In this document: positions 1 to 10,619 of the stretch, in pieces
Position numbering within the stretch: position 1 is the first letter of the stretch
Layout: every line of letters starts with the position of its first letter
DNA from: Azolla caroliniana
Taxonomy: Eukaryota > Plantae > Polypodiophyta
NCBI GenBank assembly: GCA_043228905.1
Contig: JBHGNT010000014.1
Location: forward strand, 5,270,001-5,334,000
DNA: 64,000 nucleotides
Reading direction: 5' to 3'
The notes under the pieces: model-generated
Databases searched by the model: none
What the model was told of the DNA's origin: nothing
Seen by the model: the letters and a program-made list of their open reading frames with translations, nothing else
Position numbers and translations under genes: made by a program

Positions 1-1370
1 GGCCTGATCTTCCGGCATTGGGTTGGGATTGGAAGTTGGAGTCGGTACGGAATACCAGGATGCCAATTCATCGAACTCGACATCCCGGCTAACTCGGACT
101 TCCTTTGTCTGGTATACCCCTTTTTCTCTTGAGCATAGCCGACTAGGATGCATTTTTCCGATTTTGCATCTAGCTTTCTCCGCTTCTGATCCGGCACATG
201 CACATACGCTATGCTGCCGAATATCCGAAGGTGTCTTAAGTTCGGCTTGCACCCGAAATACAGCTCATGAGCTGACACCTTGTCACCAATGCGGTTGTGT
301 ATGTAGACGGCCGTTCGGACCGCCTCCGCCCAGTAGAACCGAGGCATGCTCTTCTCCTCCAGCATTGCCCTTGCCGCTTCGACGAGTGTCCAGTTCTTCC
401 TTTCGGCCACACCGTTTTGCTCCGGTGTGTATCTGCAGCTGAACTCTCGCCGAATTCCCTTCTGCTGCAGATAACTAGTGAATTGGCCGGAAAAATATTC
501 CTTTCCGCCATCCGACCGAAGGCACTTGATCTTCCTCTTTGATTCCCGTTCCACCATCTTTTGAAGGCTCCGGAAACAATCGAAGACTTCGCTCTTCCGC
601 TCAATGAGGTAGATCCAAGTATGTCAAGTATAGTCGTCGATGAAGGAGACGAAGTATCGGCTCCCGCCAAGGCTTACACTTTGTGCCGGTCCCCACACAT
701 CCGAATGGATGAGATCGAGCTTGTTACGGCTCTGGTTCCGTTCGGTGGGGAATGGAAGCCGGTGTTGCTTCCCAAGTTGGCAGGCTTCACAAATTTCGGC
801 TCTCCGGCCGCTGAACTTCGGCAAACCGAAAACGACTTGTTTCGTTTGCAGGTCTTGAAGCCTCCGGTAGTTGACGTGGCCTATCTGCTTGTGCCACAGG
901 TCGATGTCCGACTCGACCTTCTGTCGTTTCGCGAACAGAGCGGTGCCAAAGTCATTGGTGTTGAGGATAAACATCCTCCCGTCTCTGCGCCCTTGCGCAA
1001 TGACTTCGCCCTCATCCTCAATGAAGCACCCGAGGTGCGTAAACCGCACCTGCATCCCCTGGTCGACAATCTGACCGATGGACACCAGGTTCTTCATGAT
1101 TGTCAGAACGTGTAATACGTTCATCAGCTTCCCTTTCTGTCCGACGTGGCTTAGAGGGACTTCTCCGACGTGCACGATTGGGTGAGGAGTGTCGTCTCCG
1201 GTTTCGACTACTCCTAGTTGATCCGGTTTCTCCAGAAAGGAGAACCACTCTTTGTGGCTCATCATGTGGTTCGACGCGCCGGAATCAACATACCACACTT
1301 CCTCCATTTTGGAAGTGGTCTTCTTCATTGAGTTTGTCTTGTGATTCATCACCAAGGCTGGCCCCTTACC
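1..1370 (-). mobile_element. Ty1/copia internal fragment (protease, GAG-pre-integrase, integrase), decayed
   Basis: ORF 624-1355(-) has WYVDSGASNHM (protease), LWHKQIGH and CEACQLGKQ (zinc finger) and LIHSDVWGP...FIDDY (integrase core); frameshifted continuation toward base 1. Confidence 0.9.
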
Positions 1371-1389
1371 GGCCTTAATGATGACAAGT

Positions 1390-1452
1390 AGTGTTTATGA
1401 CGACGATGTGTAAGCGTAAGTGTTTGCGGAAGCGTAAAACAGAGAACAACAC

Positions 1453-1487
<35 letters not shown>

Positions 1488-2370
1488 AAAAGAGAGCAGA
1501 ACACAATTTCAAAATTATATCAAGACTCTGTATACACACTGTGCTAAGTAGCACTATTTATACTAGTCCTCTTGGGACTGACGGAAGTACCATGTACTTC
1601 GATGCTCACACGAGCATCTGACACTTACTACGAGACTATAGCTACCTAGTAGTCTATCCTATACTAGGATTGCGATTGGACTGCCTGGTTACGGATTGCA
1701 CCCGGCCTCCACTGCTTGCCGGTTCGGTTGCTCACCGTCATACCGATCAGTTTCGCCCGATCCGTCTCGCTTACCGGCTCCGGCTTATTCAGCCGAACCG
1801 GCTCCGGTTGAGCTTGCCGCTCAACACGATGGTTGGGCGAAGAGGTGTGGAAAATGATGACGTCGAAGACAAGGATGTTGATGACGGTAACTCCGGAAGC
1901 AAGGACGGTGATGATGATAACTCTAGAAGCAAAGGCGATGACGAAGATGGGTGGTGCTCCCAGTTGGAAGGGATTCAAACTATCACGAACACACCAAGCA
2001 CGGACTAGGACGGAGCACAGATGATGGGGCTACGTGCGACGGATGAACTTGGAGCTAGATGTGACAAGACTAGGAACTCTAGATGTTCTGAGCGACTAAG
2101 GGCATGAAGACAGAAATAAATATCAAGGAGACAAAGATGAGGTGAAAGGAGAATACTAGATTAATGTTTCAATGACTGGTGTTGAATCCCTTGAAAGGGA
2201 CCAAGGATGTTACAAGTATTTATACAACTTCCGAGATTGAATATCTCTAGAATATCTCAAGAATATACCCGTTTAGAATATACCACAAAATAATTCTAGA
2301 ATATACTAGCGACTAGAATATTCTCGAATGTATTATACACTAGCCTCTACAATATATACAAGTTCACAAT
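1390..2370 (-). repeat. Probable LTR-derived sequence with a (GA)n tract
   Basis: The start resembles the reverse complement of the copia LTR 3' end at 7170-7201 (GCGGAAGC motif); the AACCGG-rich stretch resembles the LTR at 61898-62323. Boundaries are uncertain. Confidence 0.4.
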
Positions 2371-5300
2371 CGAATGTGGACAGTTCACAAGAGTGTCCAT
2401 ATGGTTAACACAACACAATGTACTGTGTTTGTTAAAAGTCAATGGTTCGAGTCTAGAATGTGACAGATTGTGAACCAAGTGATGCAGGTGCATTTTACAC
2501 ACCTCGTGTGCTTCATTCAGGAAGAGGGCCGGATCATCGCGCAAGGGCGCCGGGACGGGAGGATGTTATCTTCATCCTTGACACCAACGACATCGGCACC
2601 GCTATGTTCTCAAAAGAAGAGAAGGTCGAGTCAGATATTGACCTGTGGCACAAGCCGATATGCCGCATCAACTATCAAAGACTTCAAGACTTGCAATCAA
2701 AATAGGTTGTTTTCGGATTGTCAAAATTTAGTGGCCGAAAGGCCCAAATTTGTGAAGCCTGCAAGTTCGGGAAGCAACGCCGGCTTCCGTTCCCCATCGA
2801 AAGAAACTGGAGCCGTAACAAGATCAATCTAATACATTTGGATGTATGGGAACTGACATAGAACGTTAGTCTTGGCGGGAGCCGATATTTTGTCTCCTTC
2901 ATCGACGACTACTGCCGACACAGGTGGATGTACCTAATCGAAAGGAAAAGTGAAGTTTTCGACTGTTTCCGGAACCTACAAAGTCTTGTAGAATGAGAAA
3001 CGGAGAGGAAGATCAAGTGCTTGCGGTCGGATGGCAGAAAAGAATATTGTTCCAGTCAATTCAACAATTATTTGCAATAGGAAGGAATTCAGAGGGAATT
3101 CAGTTGCAGATACACACCGGAACAAAATGGTGTGGCCGAAAGGTTCTGGACCCTTGTGCATATCGGTTGCTATATCGAAGAAGAGGGCAAAGTCATTGCG
3201 CAAGGGCATCGAGAAGGGAGGATGTTCATCCTCAATTCCAATGAAGTCGGAATCGCGTTGTTCACGAAAGGACAAAAGGTCGAGTTGGACACCAACCTAT
3301 GGCACAAGCGGTTCGGCCATGTTAACTTCCCGCGGCTTCGTGAAATGCAGACGAAGAAGATTCTTTTCGGATTGCCAAAATTTAGCGGCCGGAACGGCCA
3401 AGTCTGCGAAGCTGCCAGGTCGGGAAGCAACACCGACTTCCATTCCCCAACGAGCATAATCGTAGTCGAAATCCACTCGATGTGATCCATTCGGATGTAT
3501 GGGGACCGGCACAGAACGTGAGCATTGGAAGAAGCCATTACTTCGTAACCTTCATCGATGACTTCACCCAACACACTTGGGCATACTTGATCGCGAAAAA
3601 AAGCGAAGTCTTTGTGTGTTTCCTCAAGGTGACAAGCCTTGCGGAAAGGGAAACTGGGCGAAAGATCAAGTGCCTAAGGTCCGATGGCAGGAAGGAGTAC
3701 TTCTCCGACTAGTTCTCGAGTTATCTACAAAAGGAGGGAATTCAACACAAATTCTCGTGTAGATACATGCCGCAACAAAATTGTGTGGCCAAGAGGAAGA
3801 ATAGGACAATAGAGGAAGCGGCAAGGGCAATGCTTGAAGAGAAGCATCTACGGAAGTTCTATTGGGCCGAACTGATCAGAACAACCGTCTACCTCTAGAA
3901 TCGGGCATCGGCCAATCGAGGAGTGTCGCCACGTGAGTTGTACTACAAGAAGAACCGAACTTGGCACACTTGAGGGTTTTTGGTAGCATTGTGTATGTGC
4001 ATGTGCCGAAGGAGAAACGGAGGAAGTTGGATGCCAAAGCCGAGAAGTGTATCTTGGTTGGCTACTCGGACGAACCGAAGGGTTATAAGTGTTATAACCC
4101 CCGAACCAAAGAAGCTCGTGTAAGTCGTGATGTTGTGTTCGATGAGTCCGCGTCATGGTACTTGCCTTCACCTCCAACCCCTGATAACTCTATTCTGATC
4201 TCTGACGAAGGGGTCAGCGAGGCTGAAATGCCTCGGAACGAAGGAGACATCAGAGCTCTTGAAGAGATTCTGATCTCATTTTGGCTAAGTGGACCGAATA
4301 AGCGACTGAGTCGGCATGACCAGTCAGACACAGAGCTAGCGAGTAGTGGAGACTTGGTCGTGCAATCCTCACGCAGAAAGCCAAGGAGACGGTTTACGCG
4401 CAAAGAGAAGGGAAAGAAGAAGATGCCGAAGTACGACACTGATAAAGATGAGTCGGATCGAAGCGAATCCAACTCAGAGAAGAACGAAGACGGATCGTCG
4501 GAAACGAAGTCTACGTCGACCAAGAGGGCCTCAAAATCGACTAATGACCAATTATGTTGATCCACCCATGAGAAGAACCTGGTGGTGTGATTCAGATACA
4601 ACGTGTACATGGCACATCATTACGTGTACATGACACGAGTGGCAAAAGTGCGTGAGCCGGAGAGCTATGTAGAAGCGGTGAAGGACACAACTTGGCGTGC
4701 TACAATGGAGGATGAGATGCACGCATTAGCGGAAAATGAAACCTGCGACCTGGTTGACCCCCCTAAGGGTGTAAAGCGGATTGGGTGTAGGTAGGTGTAC
4801 AAGGTCAAGTACAACACTGATGGATCTGTCAACTGTTACAAGGCCCGGTTAGTGGCTAAGGGATACGCTCAACAACACGGCATCGACTACGATGAGACCT
4901 TTGCGCCTATCACGAAGATGACAACCGTTCGTGTCCTGCTTGCGGTATAGCCGTGGTAAAGGGGTGGCATTTCCATCAGATGGATGTAAAGAATGCATTC
5001 CCGCAAGGAGAACTTGAGGAATAGGTGTACATGGTACAACCCCCCGGATTTCAGAACACCTCGGCGATATGCCAACTAAAGAAGTCCCTCTACAGACTAA
5101 AACAAGCCCTGCGCGCGTGGAACACGAAGATCACGTAGCGCCTACGTCGGATGGGGTTTGCGACATCCAAATCAGACTCTTCATTATTCGTCCGACAAGG
5201 TCGACTTGGACTGGTTAGTATTTTACTTTATGTTGATGATTTAGTCATCGCCAGCGCCGACCTAGAAGAAATCGGCCGCGTAAAGTCCCTGCTCGCGGCA

Positions 5301-5655
5301 TCATTCGACATGAAGGACCTAGGACCTTCATTACTTCCTAGGGATCGAAGTGATTCGCACCCCTGAAGGCATACTGATCAGCCAATGACATTATGTGTTG
5401 AGTATTCTCTTCAAGTTTGGGATGGCCGACTGTAAGTCCATCTCAACTCCTATGGACAGAAACGTCAAGCTTCGCCGAGATTCGGTAAAGGTGTGCAACC
5501 CGACACAGTTTGGACAGATTGTCGGAAGCCTAATTTATTTGACAATCTCTCGGTCAGATCTTAGTTAACCGGTCGGCATGATCAGTTAATTTATGTCGCA
5601 GGATATTGTGCTATGTCCGCGACACTAAGGATAGGGCGTTGCTATATCGAACCGG

Positions 5656-5792
5656 TGTCGTAGTGTATTTTCTATACTACGTGAAAAACGTATAAAATAC
5701 CCGATTCGTCTCAAACTCTTCCTCCTCCTAGTCCAAAACCCCGACGGTTCCCACTTGACTCACGCAACGATCCGGTGCCAAAAGGCACGACA
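5656..5792. mobile_element. 137-bp insertion with TGTCG...CGACA ends (short solo LTR or MITE-like)
   Basis: Interrupts the copia RT/RNase H junction; removing it restores LYRTGIAEHLVGY. Flanked by CCGG (5652-5655) and CTGG (5793-5796). Its reverse complement matches both ends of the element at 10100-19921. Confidence 0.85.
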
Positions 5793-6807
5793 CTGGTATT
5801 GCCGAACACCTCGTCGGGTACTTAGATTCCGATTGGGCCGGAAACGCCGGTGATCGTAGATCCACATCTGGGTTTGCTTTCTCGCTTGGGAGCGCCACGA
5901 TCGCCTGGAGCAACAAGAAGCAGCCGACAGTTGCACTGTCGGGCACGAAGACTGAGTATCGAGGAGCGGCTTTCGCGACATGCGAAGTCATTTGCCTCAA
6001 GAGGCTACCCAAGGATCTGTAGGTGGAGGTGTCCACTCCGATGACGATCTACTGCGACAACCTCATCAACATCCAACTTGCGAAAAAACCCGTCTTCCAT
6101 GCCCAGACCAAACACATTGAGGTGCACTACCATTTTTTCCACGAGCGTGTCCTCTCGGGTGAAGTTGATCTAGTGTATGTTCTGATGGATCGGCAGACTA
6201 CCGACATCTTCACCAAGCCCTTTGGTCTCGACAAGTTGTGGCAATTCTCGGGTGCGCTTGGTTTGCGGCACCTCCACATGCCGAAATTGAGGAGGAGAAA
6301 AGACCAGGAAAGGGAGCAGGAAAGGAGTGGAAGCGATCATGAATTCGATTTCGGGTTGGCTAAAGAAGCCAAAGGCAGAAACAAGGGCAGCAACTGAAGG
6401 GAAGAGCTGGAGTCACTCGAACAAGGCGGAGTTGAAGCCAAGAAGGGCGAGAAGGCCAAGACCAAGACTTGGTCTGATGTGGTCAAGGGCCTGAAGATAG
6501 AAGACGAATTGGAGACAACCAATTCGGCAAGAGCGGAAACGAATCAGAGTCATCCGATTCGGTTTGAATATTCAATTTGGAGCTGAATCAACTGAAGGGC
6601 AAGCGGTGGAAAGGGCAGCGGAAGAGGCGCCAATACCACGATAGCAAGGGAGCTGAGAAAGGCTGCACGATTAGTCAAGCTGACCGAAAGGGTTGAGGCG
6701 CGCAGAATCGAACAAGTTGAGGAGCGCGAGAGACGCGTGAAGCCAGGAGAAGCTGGAGCGAAGATCTAGAAGAGTAGGCGGAACCTCAAGTTGAGCTTGA
6801 GGGGGAG

Positions 6808-7201
6808 TGCTGAGATACAAGTTCAATATTGGGTGCGTAAACCAGGGCGTAAACCTATGCGTAGACTGTGTGTAAACCGGGTGCGCAACAAGAGGCCGTA
6901 GCGGTGCATAAACCGGGAGGCCCTTGGACAAATATTCCGCAGAGGAATATATTTTGGGAGTTATTGTAGAGGCTCATTGATGAGCATTGAAGTACGTGTC
7001 AGTACTTCTATCAATCTGTATGGAGTTGTACAGAGTTTTAGAGTATTGTTTTGGAATAGAGTTTTTTCTGTGTTTTGTTCTCTCTAACTCTCTTGTGTAC
7101 ACTGTTGATTAAGCTCTCCATTAAACCTTCCTCATCCTCTTTGTCTTTATTCTGTTGTTACCCGGTTGTGTCTGTTAAGCTTCCGCACATCTTCTTTAAC
7201 A
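6808..7201 (+). repeat. Copia 3' LTR
   Basis: Begins TG directly after the PPT and ends ...TTTAACA; similar to the LTRs at 9343-9730 and 61898-62323. Confidence 0.8.
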
Positions 7202-9342
7202 CCTACGCGTTCATCTCTAGGGAGAAAAGGACCAAGTTGGCAACCCATGCAACAAAATGCATATTTCTTAGTTATGAAACCAATGGGGACTTCGGCTACA
7301 AGCTATGGGACTTTGAGAATTGGAAACTGATTCGGAGCAATGATGTAGTCTTCAATGAAGATTCTATCTTCTCTCAACGGAACGAACAGAAAAAAGTTGG
7401 TAAAAAGGTATCCTTCGAAGCTAGTAGAGATGTCGTAGGACCGTCCCACCAAGCTAAATTGGAGATTCAACAAACAGTCGAACTAGATCATGCTGACAAC
7501 ATACCTACCGACTCCGAACTCGGTATGAGGTCCACTCATCGAACTCGAAGACAAAGCTGATTCAACAAGAGTCAAGCAAGGCAAAGTCAACAAGATGCGA
7601 GTTGGAAACAGAACCAAGTAGACAAAGTTCACAGGGGAGAATGCCATGACGCCACCGAAATCCCAACATGGGGGCGAATCAACTAACAAGAATCTTGACA
7701 CAAGTGGCTCAACAAATGCCGATCAATCAACAGAGACGATTGAACGATCCGAACCACTTATTTCGGCACCCAGGAGATCTGGACGAGCTCGAAGGCCAAC
7801 AGAGTTTTATCAACCGGGCCTCGACTACGTCGACTACACCGATGCAGGCGAACCAAGCACTTATGAAGAAGTTATGGCCGCAACGGATGCCGATACATGG
7901 CTACAAGCCATGAAATCCGAAATGGACTTGATTCACAAGAATCAGACATGGGAGTTGGTTGAATTACCAGCTGGAAAAAAGCCGCTACCTTGCAAATAGG
8001 TTTTCCGATACAAGTATGTATCTGACTCAAACAAACCCAAGTACAAAGCTCGGCTCATCGCAATGAAGAAGAGATCGGAAAGTTGAAGCGGAGCCTTCAT
8101 GATAAGTTTGCGATGAAGGAACTCGGACAAGCCTGTCACATACTGGGCATGAGGATTGAGCGAAATCAGATGACCAAGACTCTTTGACTCTCCCAGTCTG
8201 ACTATATCCGAAAGGTGCTGAAGCGCTTCAACATGGAGAATGTGAAGCCAGCACCAACACCGCTTCCGACGTCGATCCAACCATTGGGCAGAGACTCTCC
8301 TTCAATGGACAAGGAGAGAGAGCTTAATGGAAATACGCCCTATGCATTCACCGTAGGAAATATCATGTACGCAATGGTGGTGACCCTACTTGACCTAGCC
8401 TATGTCGTAGGGGTGCTCAGCTGGTACATGTCAAATCTAGGACGAAAGCATTGGGAGGCCATCAAGAACATATTTAGGTACCTAAGAGGGACCGAAGATA
8501 CACAGCTAACTTTCGGTTTGACAACCTCAGCTGAAGTTGAAGGCTACAATGACTCCGACTATGCCGGAAATACGGACAATCGGAAACTATGTTTTCACCT
8601 ATGGTGGCGGTGTGATATCATGGAGGTTGAAGCTTCAAGAGTGCACGGCCCTGTCGACCACAGAGGCCGAGTACATAGCAACATCAGAGGCAACGAAGGA
8701 AGCGATCTAGCTGCACCTACTATCTTCCGACTTCTCATCTACAAGCCGAATTGACCGATCAACACCGACCATTTATTGCAACTCACAAAGCGCAATTCAC
8801 CTGATTAACAATCCCGTCTATCATGCAAAGACGAAGCACATTGAGGTGTGATATCATCACATCCGGGAGCTCATAACTGAGAAGAAGCTCGAAGTCTGGA
8901 AGATCGACACCGAGGTAAACATCGTTGATTTCTTGATGAAGCCACTCCCAGATCAACGCTTTGGAGCACTAAGGAGAAAGATGGGACTACGACAAGCAAT
9001 CGCGTAGAAGAAAGCCAAACGAGGAGCAGAAGGTAAGAGTCGACCAAACCAATCATGATAATGAGTCATGCTAGGCTCGATATGGACCTCACCTTTGCCG
9101 TCTCAACTATATGTCGACTGACCTATAACATAAATTTAGATTAGAGTTGTAATCTAGGTTTATGAGGCAGACAGCCCTAAACACATGTACATGTAGCAAA
9201 GAGTAGTCCTTTTACGGGGGAGTTTGTTGGCATAAAAGGTCGACTCCTTCTACTTTGTATCCTAGAGTGAACTCGTCCATAAAGTTAGGGCTTAGTATAT
9301 AAGCGATAACCTAATGTTGCAAAAAAAAAAACTCTTGATCAT
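7202..9342 (+). mobile_element. Second Ty1/copia family fragment (integrase C-terminus, RT with internal deletion, RNase H, PPT, start of LTR)
   Basis: KCIFLSY, GYKLWD, EPSTYEE, WLQAMKSEM, NQTWELVELP and DSDYAG motifs; PPT TACGGGGGAG at about 9213-9222, then LTR start TGTTGG at about 9225. Confidence 0.85.
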
Positions 9343-9730
9343 TGTTGAGATACAAGCTCAACATTAGGTGCGTAAACGAGTGCATAACCTAGTGTGTAGA
9401 CTAGGTGCATAAAACTGTACACAAAACATTGTCGTAGCGGTTCGTAAACCTCGTAAGGGATAATTTTGGGAGTTAGGGTAGAAGGCTCGCGGTCAAGTAC
9501 TATCAGTACTTGTCTCAGCCCAATAGTCAGGGCTTGCATAAAAGGTGGTCATTGAGCACGAAGTATGTACATAGAACATACACAGATTAATTTTTTAATA
9601 TACTTTTGTTTCTGCTCTCTCTGTCTCTCCCTCTTTTTCTCTATGATTTTTGTGTTTTACCAAACTGTCGTACTTCCGAACCGTGTACTCTGTGTCTTAC
9701 GCATACTCTTCCACACACGTATTCTTTTAA
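9343..9730 (+). repeat. Copia 5' LTR
   Basis: Starts TGTTGAGATAC like the LTR at 6808 and is immediately followed by the primer-binding site. Confidence 0.8.
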
Positions 9731-9731
9731 A

Positions 9732-9743
9732 TGGTATCAAAGC
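9732..9743 (+). promoter_or_regulatory. Primer-binding site (tRNA-iMet)
   Basis: TGGTATCAAAGC directly after the LTR; the plant consensus is TGGTATCAGAGC. Confidence 0.85.
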
Positions 9744-10261
9744 GCGAGGGTAGAGACTCCTCTGCAGCAAACAGAAAAGCTTGCGATAAAGACAAAGTTA
9801 AGTTATTTTTTTCGGAAAGGATAAGACAACAATATAGACAGAGGAATGGGAAGCTCGCTACCGACTGAGAAGCTCGACAGGAGCAACTACGCATCTTGGT
9901 CTTACAAGATGCACCAATACCTGCTTGATCATGGCTACTAGAGTTATGTCGAAGGAGCTAATGATACAGCACCCAAATCAACACACAGAGATTTTTCGGC
10001 TAGGGAACAAGTGGCAAACAGAGTTCTTTACTACTTCACGTCCTGTGTGAGCGATCAGCTCTTGAGCTACATTCGGGATTCTAAGACGCCAAAGGATGCT
10101 GTCGTGCCTTTCGGCGCCGGATCGTTGCGTGAGTCGGGTGGGAACCACTGAGGTTTTGGACTAGGAGAAAGAAGAATATGAGATGAGGCTAGTAATGAAT
10201 AGATTATTAGAAAGAGAGATAGAAATTTCGTGAATCCCACAAGTGTATTGTATTCGATTAA

Positions 10262-10297
10262 AACACGTTCACGTTCACAAGTGGAAGGATCGCGCAT
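10262..10297 (+). repeat. Left TIR AACACGTTCACGTTCACAAGTGGAAGGATCGCGCAT
   Basis: Inverted match to 19255-19290; near-identical direct match at 42679-42714. Confidence 0.9.
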
Positions 10298-10619
10298 AAA
10301 TGGAAGGATAAGGGAAATTTTAGGGGTTTTTCAATGATTTTACAAAACACATTGATACCAGTATCATACAAGTTCAAACATACTATGAAAAAGGTTAAAA
10401 ATCCACTATTTTCGTGATTTAGAAGTAACTAAAAAAAGACGAATTTCAAAAACATACATTCTCAATTTATATCACAAACTTTACAACCAATGTTATTTTA
10501 TAAGAAACGATTTTTGGGAAATCATAAGAATTCAAAACACATGATTTTATATTACTCGATTTGTTACAAGCGGAATGTAGTTACACTTAATAGCCAAATA
10601 TACATTCATGATCACTCCT

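Larger units (their letters stand above)
2460..7201 (+). mobile_element. Ty1/copia element, 5'-truncated and decayed (integrase region partly duplicated, RT, RNase H, PPT, 3' LTR)
   Basis: HSDVWGP, KCILVGYS, LYVDDL, IYCDN, TKHIEVHYHF and DIFTK motifs in broken ORFs; PPT GAGGGGGAG at 6799-6807. Confidence 0.9.

Noticed and set aside
10262-10280. TIR resembling bacterial parS (TGTTTCACGTGAAACA)
   Set aside because: Only a short TTCACGT core is shared and it is not palindromic; too weak to claim.
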